Shown: positions 40,355-52,738, counted from the first letter of the stretch. The stretch is DNA of 64,000 bases from Candidatus Poribacteria bacterium (GCA_965218095.1 OZ244587.1:6016001-6080000); one strand, 5' to 3'. Notes: generated by a model from the sequence alone, not told the origin. Numbers and translations: made by a program.

Positions 40355-41601
40355 TCATCCTCCCACATCGGACTCCAGCGGAAGTGCCGTCAGTCTACGG
40401 AAGAAGTTGTTGGGTCCAAACTCAATGTTGGTGTTGTCCGCAAGTCGCAGATTGGGTAGGCGTCGCAGCAGCGAGGGGATGGCGATTTGCGCTTTGAGCC
40501 GTGCCAGCGGCGTGCCGGGACAGAAATGTGGGCCCAGGCCGAACGACACGTGCTTGTTGTTTTGGTGGCCAATGTTGAATTCGTTGGGCTCATCAAACTG
40601 GTCCGGATCGCGGTTGGCCGCGGCGAGCACCTGTTGGACGAAGTCACCTTTTCAGATCGTCTGACCGCGAAGATCGATGTCTGTGGTCGCGATACGGTGA
40701 GCGCGTTGTGTGGGGGCGTCATAGCGCAACATTTCTTCTACGGTGCTACCAATTAATTGCGGGTCGTCTTTGAGGCGTTGTGATTGATCCGGACGTTGCA
40801 GCAGCGCGAACATGCCGTTACCGATCAGGTTAGTTGTGGTCTCGTGGCCACCGATCACGAACATGATGCAGGTTGAGAACAACTCGGTTTCGGTAAGTTG
40901 CGTGCCTTGCTCTTGGGCATTCGCCAAGCGTGACAGAAGGTCATTGCGTGGTTGTTTACGACGCTGATCGATGAGGCCGCCCAGCCAGGTCCGCGCTTCG
41001 AGCAGCGCTTCCTGGCTTTTCTCAACGCGGTTGCTGAATCCGCCCTGCCCGTGCCATGAAACGCTGCAATCTGATCGGACCAGGTTTTGAACTGCGCGCG
41101 ATCCTCCTGAGGGAAACCAAACATGTCCGCGACAACCATCGCCGGCAACGGGTTCCCAAAATCGCCAATCAGATCGATACGCCCCGTTGGGATGACCGCG
41201 TTGATCAGGTCATCAACAATCTGCTCGATGTGCGGGTGTATCGCCTTGACAACGCGCGGCGTGAAGGCTTTGCTCGTAATGGTGCGGACGCGCGTGTGGT
41301 CTGGCGGGTCAAGACGCACCTGACCGGCGGTGAAATGCTCGTACAGTGGCCGCACCTTATCCAAGGTTTTCGGGGGAAGTTGATCCAGGTATCAAGTGGT
41401 TGTGCCGACGCTTGAGAAGGACCGAAAGTCTCGTAGCGTCGCCGCTACGTCGTCATAACGTGTCAGCAGCCAGCACTGCTACGTATCTGACCAGTGCACG
41501 GGATGTGCCTTGCGCAGCTCGCGGTAGGTCGAATATGGATTCTGCAAGAACTGTGGCATCGTGAGTTGTTCGTCAAGCGCAGAGATCGAGGATGTTTTCA
41601 T
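40355..41601 (-). pseudogene. Cytochrome P450 pseudogene
   Basis: PYSTYRELR, DPPDHTRVR, GGHETT, EEMLR, FGLGPHFCPG spread over several frames. Stops at 41479 (TAG) and 41392 (TGA). Confidence 0.92.
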
Positions 41602-41608
41602 CCGATTT

Positions 41609-42121
41609 TCACCAATCAACTTCCTTTCCAGGGATGAAGCGCATCCCCTTGAGCCAGCGGGTCCGGCCGCTGCGGTAGTGGTCGCCCTGGTAGAAGGGGT
41701 AATACCTGGTGCGTGGATAGATGGCCACCACATTGGCGCCTCTCCTGACAAGGGTGTATTTTCGCTTTTGAATCCACACTTCGTCCGTCCGCTCGCCGAT
41801 CAGGAACGTCAGGGTAGCCGTATCCTCTGGCCGGACCTCCCCCACCTCGGCGTACCTGCCGCTCCAGCCGGGATTCCGATCCGCTCCGTTCACCTGCACT
41901 CGAACGTCATTCGGCAATACCCACTCCGGAATGCGGACCGAAAGCTCGACGGGCTGCTTTACCTTGATATCAACACGCCCCTGATATGGAATGTAACTGC
42001 CCACGTCAGCCCACTGCGAGGCACGATTCAGGAGCAGGTTCACCTTTAGTTTGCCGTCGGCGCACGTCAGGCTGCGATGCCACACCCAGTAGAGGGCGCG
42101 CGTGGCGCTATGCACAACCAA
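41609..42121 (-). pseudogene. C-terminal fragment of GH127-like protein
   Basis: ATRALY, VNLLLNRAS, PYQG.V, VRIPEWV. Catalytic N-terminal part is missing. Confidence 0.65.
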
Positions 42122-42291
42122 TCGGGTCGCCAGGTTCCCAGTGAATTGTCATGGGAACACCCTCCAGTTAAGAACGGTGATGGGGGAGAATACCTTGACT
42201 TCCGGTTCGGTTAATCGGGGACAGCGCTGCCGTCGGAGGCTGTGGAGACAGGACCGGGGAGGCCATAGGGCGTGTCGAGTTCACTGTTATA

Positions 42292-43278
42292 CTAAAGAGG
42301 TCGGACGTTCGCTGGTACCACCACCTGGTTCAAAGAATTCGGAGGAGCGCGCCCTTGCAGGACTTCTGCCGCGTTCCTGGCAGCGGTCATGGACATCTTG
42401 CTGACAGATTCCTCTGTATAGGCAGCCGACCACGGTGTCAACAGGACATTATCCAGTTGTCCGAGCGGATCCTCCGGCGCTAAAGGTATCGGATCGTGCA
42501 CGTCGAGCGCGGCACCGGCAATCCCTCTCGCCTGCAACACTTTTGCCAAGGCTGCCTTGTCCACCACGGCGGGCCGGCTGGTGTCGATCAGATATGCTGT
42601 TTTCTTCATCAGTTTCAGCCTATGCTCGTTGATTAGCTTCCGCGTGTTCCTGTCGAGTAGCACGTGGACGCTGACAACGTCCGACCGGGCCAGCAGATCG
42701 TCGAGCGGTACATATTTGACCTGCCACGCTGCCGCAAAAGCATTGTCCGGCTGTACGTCGTAGGCGAGAACTTTCATTCCAAAGCCTCTTGCTCTTTTGA
42801 TGACCCGCCGGCCAATGCTGCCGGCGCCGAGGATGCCTAGGGTCAGGCTGTTCAACTCCCGCCCCCGGAACTTTTTCCACTTGCCCTGCTGTGTATCCCG
42901 TGCCATACCATGGATATTGCGTACCAAACAGAGGATCAAGCCAATCGTGAAGTCAGCCACCGCCACGGCCGGGCCGTTGGCGCCTGGAGCATTTGTCACC
43001 CACACGCCATGCTTGGTCGCCGCCGCTAGGTTGATGGCGTCGAAGCCAGCGCCGGCGCGGGCAACGATTCTGAGCCTGTCCGCCGCGTCGAACACTTTGG
43101 CAGTATACGGCTCATTGCCGGCGATGACAGCATCTACACCTTGGATTTCACGGATCACCGCCTCTTCTTCGAGGACGCCATCCCATTTGCGATGGCTTAC
43201 CTGGCAACCATTTTCTACCAGGTAGCCAAGCGCCTCCTGAGTCAGCTCATCCACCATTATATGGACTCTACATGTCAC
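42292..43278 (-). CDS. D-isomer 2-hydroxyacid dehydrogenase (SerA-like catalytic domains)
   Basis: ARAGAGFD, LGAGSIG, TSR, ALDV. The usual E and H positions read PIP and TPW, so it may be divergent or decaying. Confidence 0.85.
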   Translation of the reverse strand: MTCRVHIMVDELTQEALGYLVENGCQVSHRKWDGVLEEEAVIREIQGVDAVIAGNEPYTAKVFDAADRLRIVARAGAGFDAINLAAATKHGVWVTNAPGANGPAVAVADFTIGLILCLVRNIHGMARDTQQGKWKKFRGRELNSLTLGILGAGSIGRRVIKRARGFGMKVLAYDVQPDNAFAAAWQVKYVPLDDLLARSDVVSVHVLLDRNTRKLINEHRLKLMKKTAYLIDTSRPAVVDKAALAKVLQARGIAGAALDVHDPIPLAPEDPLGQLDNVLLTPWSAAYTEESVSKMSMTAARNAAEVLQGRAPPNSLNQVVVPANVRPL

Positions 43279-43381
43279 CTTGTTAGACCTCCTTTGTTTC
43301 CGCCTTATCAGTTACTCAGGCAATGTCTGCAAAACCCGAAATGAGCCCCTGATTTCGTTGTCATCTGGCTGAGTCCTCAAC

Positions 43382-44155
43382 TTAGATCTTGAGGTCTTGC
43401 AACATCTCCTTCATTTGGCGAAAACCTGAGACTAGGACGGCTTGATCGTTACCAGATTGCAAAAGGCGTGCGCCGCGCCGAAGTAGTGCCTCGGCGTGGT
43501 CCCGACTCTCAACAGGCGCTCCCCACCACTTACCATGCCTCGCGCAGGCTTCAGCCATAGCATCTGTCGCCTGATGTATCACCGGATGGTCCAACTGTCC
43601 TATCAAACCATAGCTCTGAGACAGATCGCCTGGGCCAAGCAACAAGGCGTCGATCCCTTCTGTCGCAGCGATGGTGTCAACCTCGTCGACCGCTTCTTTG
43701 TCCTCAATAATAACTGCGACCAGGGTCTCGCGATTAGCGTGCTGGAAATATTCCATTCGGTCTGATGTACCATAGTCCGCGTCAACGCTCCCACCCGCCC
43801 CACGCATTCCCAATGGTGCATACTTGGCGTCGCGGACGATGGATTTCGCGTCCTCAGCCCCCATACAGTGCGGGACGATGATGCCGGTGACGCCGGCTTC
43901 AAGGAGCTTCAAGATACCAGTGTATCCCGTACGTGCAACACGAACCAGGGAATCCATATCGTGCGCTCTGGCTGCCAGAATCATCTGAGATAATTCTCCA
44001 TAGCTGAAGTCGCTGTGCTCGTGTTCTATCCAGACCCCATCAAACCCAAGCACACCCATAAGGTCCACAACCTTCCAATGAGGCACAATCCAGGATTGAA
44101 CGATGACAACATACTCGTCCCGCTTCAGTTTTTCAAGAATAAGGCTTCGTCTCAT
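43382..44155 (-). CDS. HpcH/HpaI aldolase family protein
   Basis: WIEHEH, YAPLGMRG, IED, GPGDLS. Confidence 0.92.
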   Translation of the reverse strand: MRRSLILEKLKRDEYVVIVQSWIVPHWKVVDLMGVLGFDGVWIEHEHSDFSYGELSQMILAARAHDMDSLVRVARTGYTGILKLLEAGVTGIIVPHCMGAEDAKSIVRDAKYAPLGMRGAGGSVDADYGTSDRMEYFQHANRETLVAVIIEDKEAVDEVDTIAATEGIDALLLGPGDLSQSYGLIGQLDHPVIHQATDAMAEACARHGKWWGAPVESRDHAEALLRRGARLLQSGNDQAVLVSGFRQMKEMLQDLKI

Positions 44156-44296
44156 TGATATCTTCCTTTCGATAGTAGATTGTGGTCAAAACCTGCCTCA
44201 AATGTAGTAGACAGCATCAGGCTTTAACCATCCTTACTTGGAGTTGTATCTTGACTTTGTTAGATTAAAAGAGCTCATCGGCAGATCCACTGGTAG

Positions 44297-44372
44297 CTTG
44301 CCCCCCGGCCCCCACCTTCCCTCAATCCCTCCAACTTTGAGGGGGAGGGAAGAATCGCAAAAATTCCTGAAG
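44297..44372. repeat. C-rich/G-rich REP-like element, copy 2
   Basis: Aligns with 30940-31010. Confidence 0.8.
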
Positions 44373-44521
44373 CCTGCCCCGATCCATTATTGGGGGCCGG
44401 GGGACGTACCAAAATCAAGGTATTATAACACGGAAAATGGGGAAGATGCAGGAGAAAATGAGATAGTCTCGTCAGCATCAAAAATCAGGGACATCTTGGT
44501 TACTGGCTGTCACACCCGTAA

Positions 44522-45580
44522 TCAGCTATTGCGCCACACTACGACCTCCTCGCCCACCACCTTGAATTTCGCTCCTAACGGGCGCGATAGCTGCTCGACG
44601 GTGTGGACCACGCCTTGCCCTTTGGGGCTTTGTGGCAACACTAGTTGTGGTTGTCCTGTCTCGTTTCTCCACACTAGCGCAAAAGAAACCTTCACCAGTT
44701 CCTTTTCCCGCACCGCGCAATGGACCAGCAGCCCATCCCGGCAGCCCGTCATGCCTTCCTAGCCGAAGATGAAGTTTCCGAGACTGTAAAAAATGACACG
44801 TTCGTTGTAGACCTCGACTCTTTGCGGTACATGCGGGTGATGACCCATGACCAAATTTGCACCGGCGTCGATCGCCGCATGTCCGATTTCCACCTGATAG
44901 TCGACAATCTCCTCACTTCCCGATACACCCCAATGACAAGAAACCACCAGCACATCGACACATTCTCTCAGCGCCCTTACGTCTTGCTGCATCGCGCCAA
45001 GTTCTTCAGGGTCAGCCCATGAGACCACAATCGCCGGTGCGCCGGGCATCTCCAGCACACGGTGATGGGGACGATAGGCGGTATGCCCTTTGATGGTCGC
45101 TACCCCCGGTTGTCCCGGACCCGCCGCATACCCCACGGGCGAGAACACCGAGGTATACGCTAAAAATCCGAACCGCGTTCCCTTTCGCTCCAGCACTATT
45201 GGCTCTCGCGCTGACTCCCGGTCTTTTCCGGCGCCGGTGTAGGCGATTCCGTGCCGATCTAGATGCTGTAGCGACTCCACAATCGCTTCTGCACCGTAAG
45301 TGACGTTGTTCGCACACCCCCCCCCATCGAATCCGGCGACCACCACCCCTGTGATCGTCGAGCGAGCCGGATGAAACCACCCTGGCTTGTATGGAATCTC
45401 AACTGATGGATCAGCAAAACACCCCTCGCAATTTCCGAACTGCAGGTCTGCCGCGTCGAAAACCTCCTGCACCAACACGAAAGGCAGATTCGGGTCTGTC
45501 ATATTTCTGAGATTGACATCGCCAACCAGGATAACGGAGAGCGCATTGCCCTCCAGACGACTCCATTGAGCCATAGCCAC
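44522..45580 (-). pseudogene. CapA-family metallophosphatase with one in-frame TAG
   Basis: VGD, GNCE, ANN, HWG, GHHPH, YSLGNF. TAG at 44759, then the same frame continues to 44522. Confidence 0.85.
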
Positions 45581-45728
45581 CTCCTGAACAGCTTCCTGGT
45601 ATCAGGGAGACATGTTTGAAAAAACGGTGCAGGTCTGAGCGGGCTGTTATCTGACTATATCCCGCCTTGGAGAGCGGCATAATATCGGCCACGCCCATAA
45701 TATCCCGTTTCAGCACGACGCCATGTCG

Positions 45729-46547
45729 CTATTTCCCTCGAAACGTCGGTCTTCGCTTTTCCATGAACGCCCGACGTCCCTCTTTATAATCCTCGCTGGC
45801 GTAGCAGTCATCTACGAGGCGTCTGCAAAGATCGAGATTCCGGTCGTCCGGATCTTTGCAAATCTCCGCGATGATCTGCTTGCAGGCTTTGATGGTAAGA
45901 GGTGCATTGTTGGCGATGGTCTCCGTGTATTCATTCACAAAGCCATCCAGTTCGTCCCTGGTCAGCACATGGTTTATGAGCCCCATGTCGTAGGCTTCCG
46001 CCGCGCTAAATTGTCTAGCGGTGAACAGAATCTCCTTGGCGCAGATCGGGCCGACGAGGGCGACCAACGGTCTTAACCCGCCATAGCCATAGCCGAGCCC
46101 GAGCTTGGCCGCAGGAATACCGAATTTTGAATCGTCGGTGGCGAAACGCAGGTCACAACAGAGTGATGTTGCCAGTCCACCGCCAATGCAATACCCCGTA
46201 ATCTTGGCGATGGTGGGCTTAGAAACGTTGGTAAGTTTCTGGTTAGCGAGTCCGCTCGCCGTGTTGTAGATCTCAACGGCATCCGCCGACGCTCGCTTTT
46301 CCTCGAATTGTGATATATCCGCGCCGGCGGAAAATGCCCTGCCTCCCTCGCCCGAAACGACAATCACGCGGACGCTATCGTCGGACTCGAAATCGTCCAT
46401 AACCTGGGAGATGCCCTGCCACATTTCGTAAGAAATGGCGTTGTGCTTTTCGGGCCGATTCAGGCCGAGATAACCGACTCCTTTCTTCCTTTCGACGATG
46501 AGCGTTTCCGTCATGTTGTTTCTCGAACCTGTCGCTGTATCGTTCAT
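45729..46547 (-). CDS. Enoyl-CoA hydratase/isomerase family
   Basis: NRPEKHNA, FSAGADI, CIGGG, FGIPAAKLG, EGRRAFMEKR.P.F. Confidence 0.95.
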   Translation of the reverse strand: MNDTATGSRNNMTETLIVERKKGVGYLGLNRPEKHNAISYEMWQGISQVMDDFESDDSVRVIVVSGEGGRAFSAGADISQFEEKRASADAVEIYNTASGLANQKLTNVSKPTIAKITGYCIGGGLATSLCCDLRFATDDSKFGIPAAKLGLGYGYGGLRPLVALVGPICAKEILFTARQFSAAEAYDMGLINHVLTRDELDGFVNEYTETIANNAPLTIKACKQIIAEICKDPDDRNLDLCRRLVDDCYASEDYKEGRRAFMEKRRPTFRGK

Positions 46548-47731
46548 ACGATGTTCCCCTTTCGCAGTGCCTCAATCTCGTCATCAGAGAATTCAAACTC
46601 CCTCAAGACTTCATCTGTGTGTTCCCCCAGCTCGGGAGCGGGACGATACGTCATCTTTGGGGTCCCACTCAGGTTCGTCGCATGACGCAGCACATTCAGT
46701 ATGCCGAGCGCCGGGTGCTCCACGGGGCGTGACATTTCGAGATGTTCCACCTGCGGATCTGCCCACATCTCGTCCATATGGTAGATCGGACCACAAGGCA
46801 CACCTGCTTCGTTGAGCAAATCAATCCATTCGCCGCTGCTTCCTTTTGAGAAATAGTCACCCAGCTTGTCGTTCAACGCATCTCGATTCCATGACCTTGC
46901 CCCATCGTCGGCATAGTCGGGATGGTTGCGAAGTTCGTCGGCCGAAAGCACGTCACAGAGCCGCTGCCACATCACGTCGCCGCTGGCCGCAATGTTGATG
47001 TAGCCGTTGGTGGTCTGAAATACACCGGTTGGAATGCTCGTGGGGTGATTGTTGCCTGCCTGCCCAGGCACCTCGTTTCCGATGAGCCAGCGCGCCGCTT
47101 GGAAATCGAGCATGGCGATCTGCGCTTCGAGCAGCGATGTGTGCACCCATTGCCCTTCGCCGGTTTCCTCACGTTGCAGCAACGCGGTCAGAATTCCGAG
47201 GGCAGCGTACATCCCGGAGGCGAGGTCTGCGATAGGCACGCCGACTCGCATGGGGCCCTGGCCCGGCGCCCCGGTGATCCACATTAAACCGCCCATCCCT
47301 TGAGCGATCTGATCGAAACCCGGTCGCATCCGGTAGGGACCGTCCTGCCCGAAACCGGAAATGCTGGCATAGACAATGCACGGGTTTTCCGAGCGGCACG
47401 CTTCGTAATTGATGTTGAGTCTGCCTTTGACGTCGGGGCGAAAGTTCTCCACCACCACATCCGCTCGCTTTACCATGCGCATGAATGCCGCCCGTCCGGC
47501 TTTAGCCTTGAGGTTCAGTGTGAGACTGCGTTTGTTTCGCTGGAGATTCTGAAAATCAAAGCCATGGCGGGCGCCGCCGAGATCCTTGGACTTGTCGATA
47601 TTTTCAGGCAGTTCGATTTTTATGACGTTGGCACCCCAATCGGCAAGCTGGCGTACAGCCGTCGGTCCGGCTCGGACCCGGGTTAAATCAAGAACTGTAA
47701 AACGAGAGAGGGGGGCTTTATGATTGATCAT
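46544..47731 (-). CDS. CoA transferase family III (CaiB/BaiF)
   Basis: AGP....LADWGA.VIKIE, RNKRSLTLNLK, ENFRP, SGFGQ.GPY, IAD, APELGEHT. Confidence 0.96.
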   Translation of the reverse strand: MINHKAPLSRFTVLDLTRVRAGPTAVRQLADWGANVIKIELPENIDKSKDLGGARHGFDFQNLQRNKRSLTLNLKAKAGRAAFMRMVKRADVVVENFRPDVKGRLNINYEACRSENPCIVYASISGFGQDGPYRMRPGFDQIAQGMGGLMWITGAPGQGPMRVGVPIADLASGMYAALGILTALLQREETGEGQWVHTSLLEAQIAMLDFQAARWLIGNEVPGQAGNNHPTSIPTGVFQTTNGYINIAASGDVMWQRLCDVLSADELRNHPDYADDGARSWNRDALNDKLGDYFSKGSSGEWIDLLNEAGVPCGPIYHMDEMWADPQVEHLEMSRPVEHPALGILNVLRHATNLSGTPKMTYRPAPELGEHTDEVLREFEFSDDEIEALRKGNIV

Positions 47732-47805
47732 CGGTTAATTCTAACTGCTTTGTCGAGGTGTGCAAGGCGCCAACTGTACAGAGTATGTGGCTCGGACTTC
47801 TTCCG

Positions 47806-48486
47806 TCACTGAGATTTAATCACCTGATCATGAGGATATGTGCCTCGAACGGAAACTAGCGGATACACCAAGCAGCGTTTCCCAAGCACCGTGCCCGGAT
47901 TCAGCACAGCATTACACCCCATCTGCGTGTGATCTCCGATTATTCCACCAAATTTTTGGAGTCCGGTTGCATAAGTTTTCTTGTCGATATCCCGGAGAAT
48001 CACTTCAGCGCCCGTTATTTTTTTATTTGAGAGTTTGACACCGGCGCCTAGATTGACTCCAAAACCGACGATTGAATCGCCGATGTAGTTCCAATGGCTT
48101 GCTCTTACCCCATCCATGAGGATCGAATGCTTAATCTCCGTCGTGTTTCCAACTACACACTCACTTCCAATCAGGACATTTTCACGAATGTACGCATTGT
48201 GCCGGACAACCGTTCTATCACCAATGATCGCCGGCCCTTTGATGTATGCATGAGGTTCTACAACGACATCTGCCCCCAGGACAACATCAGGGCTTACGAT
48301 GGCTCCCGGCATAATGTTGACATTCGGTTGATGCCGCCGTTCCAGAGTATGAGCGGCAATATACCCTTCCAACCGCGTAAGTACTTCCCACACATAGTTA
48401 ATGCCTTCAAATAACGCCTTATGTTCAAAGCATTCATAATCAAAGAGTGCTTCAGGGAATATCATGCCTGATTCAGTGTTTGCCAT
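47806..48486 (-). CDS. GlmU-like hexapeptide-repeat acetyltransferase
   Basis: [37 protein letters not shown]. Confidence 0.85.
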   Translation of the reverse strand: MANTESGMIFPEALFDYECFEHKALFEGINYVWEVLTRLEGYIAAHTLERRHQPNVNIMPGAIVSPDVVLGADVVVEPHAYIKGPAIIGDRTVVRHNAYIRENVLIGSECVVGNTTEIKHSILMDGVRASHWNYIGDSIVGFGVNLGAGVKLSNKKITGAEVILRDIDKKTYATGLQKFGGIIGDHTQMGCNAVLNPGTVLGKRCLVYPLVSVRGTYPHDQVIKSQ

Positions 48487-49606
48487 TACACATTGTCCTC
48501 TCTGATTGATGTTCCGGCGATGAAGTGGTTGTTTGTCGTGATTCCCATGCGGCTGCCCTTTCTTCCAACTCGGCGTACTCTTTTAGTAGTTGCTCCTGTT
48601 GCCACGTCAGGGTGGTCGGAACTTCAATAATCACCGTGACGAGGAGATCTCCATACTCATTTTCAGATTTCTGAATCCCCCGTCTTTTCAAACGGAAAGT
48701 CTGATTGGACTGTGTTCCTCGGGGAATGTTCAACGTGACGGAACTGGAAAGCGTTGGGACATGAATTTCTCCACCCAGCGCTGCCCTTGCAAAGCCAATC
48801 GAGATTTGACATTGCAAATCATACCCATCACGCCGCAGGACAGGGTGTGGCTCAACACGAACCTCCACAAACAGATCGCCACTTTCTCCTCCGCGTAAGC
48901 CGCATTCCCCCTGACTAGGCAAGCGCAATGATTTCCCACTCTCAATTCCCGGAGGAATCTTCACCAGTAAAGACCGCTCCTTGCGACGGACGCTTGTCCC
49001 CCGACAAGTCTGACACGGATGGTGGATCAGCACGCCTGTCCCCTGACAGCGGTTACACGGTTTATTGTACGATGCACCACCGAGCGGTGATTGATTGGAG
49101 GCCTCGCCGCTGCCCGTACATTTGGGACAGGTTGATTGCGGTGAGCCCTTTCGCTTACCAGCGCCCCCACAATTTTCGCATGCCTCATTGCGTTGAATAC
49201 GGATAGTTTTCTCCACCCCCGACATAGCTTCTGTGAACGGGATGGCCAGATTCGTTCGTATATCAGCACCACGCTTTCCCTTTGCCTCAGTGTGCTGCTG
49301 GGTCTTAAACAGATTATCAAAAATAGCGCTAAATCTGGAACCACCATCCTCAGAACGCTTAAATCCGCCGAATCCCTGGTTCTTTGTATCTGTACCTGAT
49401 GACTGATCGTAGGTGTGCCGCGGATTCGGCTCGCTCAATGCCTGATAAGCCATTGATGCTTCCTTGAATTTTTCCTCTGCCCGCTTATCGCCCGGATTTT
49501 TGTCCGGATGATATCGCAGCGCAATTTTTCGATAGGCTTTTTTTATTTCTTCAAAGGTGGCATTTCGACTCACGCCAAGTATTTGATAGTAGTCTTTTTT
49601 TCGCAT
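48473..49606 (-). CDS. dnaJ: Molecular chaperone DnaJ
   Basis: J domain with HPD, four CxxCxGx(G) motifs, DnaJ_C. Confidence 0.93.
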   Translation of the reverse strand: MRKKDYYQILGVSRNATFEEIKKAYRKIALRYHPDKNPGDKRAEEKFKEASMAYQALSEPNPRHTYDQSSGTDTKNQGFGGFKRSEDGGSRFSAIFDNLFKTQQHTEAKGKRGADIRTNLAIPFTEAMSGVEKTIRIQRNEACENCGGAGKRKGSPQSTCPKCTGSGEASNQSPLGGASYNKPCNRCQGTGVLIHHPCQTCRGTSVRRKERSLLVKIPPGIESGKSLRLPSQGECGLRGGESGDLFVEVRVEPHPVLRRDGYDLQCQISIGFARAALGGEIHVPTLSSSVTLNIPRGTQSNQTFRLKRRGIQKSENEYGDLLVTVIIEVPTTLTWQQEQLLKEYAELEERAAAWESRQTTTSSPEHQSERTMCNGKH

Positions 49607-49635
49607 CAATTTTCTATCTTCTTTCCTTTTATGTT

Positions 49636-52374
49636 TTATCGTTGGATTAATAACACCCGCTTCGTTCCCTTATTTGAGGCCGTTCGGACGAGTGTTTTAA
49701 GGTCAGGAATCTCATCAACGCCAACGGTTGGAACATGAAAGTGGATGGTCTGCTTCATCGCCATTTTTCGCTTAGATTTCGTGTATTTGAGTTGGATAGA
49801 TCCAACGCTGTTGCGAATCTCACCATCTTCAGGTACAGAGTTAATTACAAATGGAGACGTTAAATTGACGATGAGCTCATCTTCAAAGGTAAGCGCTTTG
49901 CCGAGGAGGACCGGGTGTGTACGGCTGCCTTCACTCAGCAGCGCCGCATAAGGGTGCTTGACAATCGGCAATTTGAGAACATACTGCCGACCAATTGCGA
50001 AAAGATAATCCGCACAATGCCATGACAGCGAAATTTCCAATTCGTTTCCCATTGTATCCAAATCTGAAATCTTAAACTGATCTAACTTCGCGCGATCGTC
50101 AAGCTCAATATGCTCTCGCAGAAATTTCGCGCGCTCATCAGGGTTTCTGTATTTCAATTGGCTTCGGAGTTTCGTGTTGAATTCACCGGTGACAATGAGC
50201 TCCTGATCGACCTTCACCGAAAGATTTCTCTCTACCTGAATCCGTGTAACCACGCGCTTCAGATTGCCATCCGCCGGAATTGTCGGGCTCTTTGCAAATT
50301 GATACAAACGATTGTGCATCCCTTTGCCCATCTCACCTTTTTTTCCGGTAAGAAAATCAGGATTGACAATCAGTGTCCACCGATCCTGATCGCTTGCGGG
50401 GAGGTCGCCAAAAGCGCAGGTTTCCGCGGTCGCATCCAGCCAGATGAGATCGCCATCGTTATTTTCCTCCACAGCGAGAATCATGTGATTGAAGTAGGCG
50501 AGTGACGGAATTTCGTGGACGACTCTGCTGGATTCGCCAGCGGAGATTAACACAGGATAGGACTTAATCCCTGCTACGGAGAGCATCGTACTCAGCAATG
50601 TCGCTTTATCCTTGCAGTCCCCATAGCCTTCTTTGAAGATCTGGGGCGCTGCGTGTGGCTTAATCGCCCAGATGCCGAGCTCAATGCCAACATAATCGAT
50701 ATTCGCTGCGACGTATTCGTAGAGCCGCTTGATCTTCTCCTTCCGAATCCAGGCTCCCTTGAGCAACACTTTCGTCCTCTGCTCGATTTCCGGCGTGATA
50801 TAATCTTGTTCGCGGATGAGCGTCACGTACCATTCAACAAGGCTTTCCCACGAGTCAAGCGATGTGATACTGATACTATAGGCAAGATCTTCGATGGCGG
50901 GCATAAAGGCTTCTTCACGTAACGCAGGAACATCTTGCGCCTTAAACGTATAGGTGCGCGTGTAGTTCGTCTCTGTAACCGTCGGTTCGATTTGTGGGCC
51001 ATTGATCTGATAGTGGAGTTCCTTCTTTTTCGGGACATGAATGGTAAAGCGGTAGTGCCGCACAGGCTCCGAAGTTTGGAGGAAGACCTGACGCCAAAAT
51101 TCGCCGCGCATAAGGTGTTCCCGATTTCTAGACGAGTAAGCGTAGTCAATGATACAACCATCGGACATCTCAGGCATTGTAAAGTGCATAAGCCGAGCAT
51201 CGACGAACAAGCCGGCTTGAACCGCGCTCGGCGGCGGAATATCCTTGATAATTTTACGCTGATTAAGCATAATCGTTCGGCCATCCGATGTAATCGTTCG
51301 GGCGTAATGAATGGTAATATCATCGTTTCCGCGGGTATAGGGAATGCTGACTTCGCCAAACTTTCTTCCTTTCTCATTCAAGATTTTCACGACCCGTCGC
51401 ATTGAATAGATGTAACTGCTGTCTTCGTCAACGTCCAGCACTTCAGTTTCCCACAATACGACAGCACCGGCATATGGAAAGTCGTCTGCCTTCGGTGCGT
51501 CAGCGATCAACGCTTTGATCTGTTGCTCTTCTGCTTCCGAAACGAAATCATAAGAAAGTGCAGTAGCAACAACGAGCGATGAACGCCGTTTCCCGAAGAA
51601 TGTCCCTTGAGCGAGCAATCCATCATTGGGGAGCTCCTTGCGAGAGGGGATGCCATCCCCATTGTCGTCGAGGTGTGGGTGTTCCGATTGAACGGAACCA
51701 TCGTTTTCGTACCACGTTTTCACCCGATCTTGGGTATACAAAAATGCTTCTAACAGAGAGATTGCACCGTCTCTGTCTGTATCCGCAGCGGCATCGGAAA
51801 AGGCATCGATGAAAATATTGCCGAATCCCGATTGCATATACCCTTCATGCGGTGAACATGACGTGATAATCGTTCGCCCCTCCTTGCTGACTTGTGGTAC
51901 CATGCGGGCACTGTAAGGAAATCCGAAAATCAGGATGGTCTGTTCAGCGGAGATCTGATTGATGAAATCGGCATATTCCGTGCCGTTGAGATCCCGTCCG
52001 GGGAGGTTAAATTTTAGTCCGGCTCCAGTTTTGGTCGCATGCCCGATCATAAAGAAGACAAATCGATCCCCCGGTTGTACTTTCTGTGCAATCTCAGCGA
52101 AAGCACTCTCAACACCCGCTTTCGTCGACTTCCCATCAACCAAACCCAGCGCCTCTCCGTCATCTTCAAACAGGAAGCTGATATGCTCTGGCGAATAACC
52201 GTATTCCTCTGTCAACAGGTTGTGCATTCGTGATGTTGCGCTCCAAAATTCATCGTAAAAGGATTTCTCTCCACCCACGCCGCCGACAATCAGGGCGTAA
52301 TCTTCGGCGAAGGTTTCCAGTGCGATGACCAGAATGCAGGTCAAAAGTATGCAAACGAAAAGCGTCCTTATCAT
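49636..52374 (-). CDS. Secreted caspase/C13-like plus DUF3857 plus transglutaminase-like multidomain protein
   Basis: Signal peptide at [53 protein letters not shown] triad. Confidence 0.8.
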   Translation of the reverse strand: MIRTLFVCILLTCILVIALETFAEDYALIVGGVGGEKSFYDEFWSATSRMHNLLTEEYGYSPEHISFLFEDDGEALGLVDGKSTKAGVESAFAEIAQKVQPGDRFVFFMIGHATKTGAGLKFNLPGRDLNGTEYADFINQISAEQTILIFGFPYSARMVPQVSKEGRTIITSCSPHEGYMQSGFGNIFIDAFSDAAADTDRDGAISLLEAFLYTQDRVKTWYENDGSVQSEHPHLDDNGDGIPSRKELPNDGLLAQGTFFGKRRSSLVVATALSYDFVSEAEEQQIKALIADAPKADDFPYAGAVVLWETEVLDVDEDSSYIYSMRRVVKILNEKGRKFGEVSIPYTRGNDDITIHYARTITSDGRTIMLNQRKIIKDIPPPSAVQAGLFVDARLMHFTMPEMSDGCIIDYAYSSRNREHLMRGEFWRQVFLQTSEPVRHYRFTIHVPKKKELHYQINGPQIEPTVTETNYTRTYTFKAQDVPALREEAFMPAIEDLAYSISITSLDSWESLVEWYVTLIREQDYITPEIEQRTKVLLKGAWIRKEKIKRLYEYVAANIDYVGIELGIWAIKPHAAPQIFKEGYGDCKDKATLLSTMLSVAGIKSYPVLISAGESSRVVHEIPSLAYFNHMILAVEENNDGDLIWLDATAETCAFGDLPASDQDRWTLIVNPDFLTGKKGEMGKGMHNRLYQFAKSPTIPADGNLKRVVTRIQVERNLSVKVDQELIVTGEFNTKLRSQLKYRNPDERAKFLREHIELDDRAKLDQFKISDLDTMGNELEISLSWHCADYLFAIGRQYVLKLPIVKHPYAALLSEGSRTHPVLLGKALTFEDELIVNLTSPFVINSVPEDGEIRNSVGSIQLKYTKSKRKMAMKQTIHFHVPTVGVDEIPDLKTLVRTASNKGTKRVLLIQR

Positions 52375-52402
52375 ATCAGTCAACTCCTTTGAAATTGGCG
52401 AA

Positions 52403-52738
52403 TCACCCATTCGCCTTAAAGTCTGCTTCAGCTTGAGCGGCAACCTGTTGAAGTGGTAGTATCTCGGCACCGATGAGTAAGGGGGGAATACGCAGCACAC
52501 CTATATCATTATCCTGTAGACGCAAAAAGATATGGGCACGGTCGGAGGCAATCTGTAGAATCAGATCCGTCGCTGTTCGGAGCAGGATTGGCGGCACACG
52601 CCAGGGGCCGGTCTCAAAAGTCCGTCGCAGACTTTCCGGCTTACCCGATTCGTTGACAATGATAGCAACCACGGTTTGAGCCCCTGTGTTTTCGGTGTAC
52701 ACCCGCTTGCCGTCGCCTAGATCACTCATGTATATCAT
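52403..52738 (-). CDS. Hypothetical protein
   Basis: 111-aa ORF with RBS GAGGTGG. LGDGKRVY.EN.G.QT..F.TG.W..PP.L.RT pattern. Confidence 0.6.
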   Translation of the reverse strand: MIYMSDLGDGKRVYTENTGAQTVVAIIVNESGKPESLRRTFETGPWRVPPILLRTATDLILQIASDRAHIFLRLQDNDIGVLRIPPLLIGAEILPLQQVAAQAEADFKANG

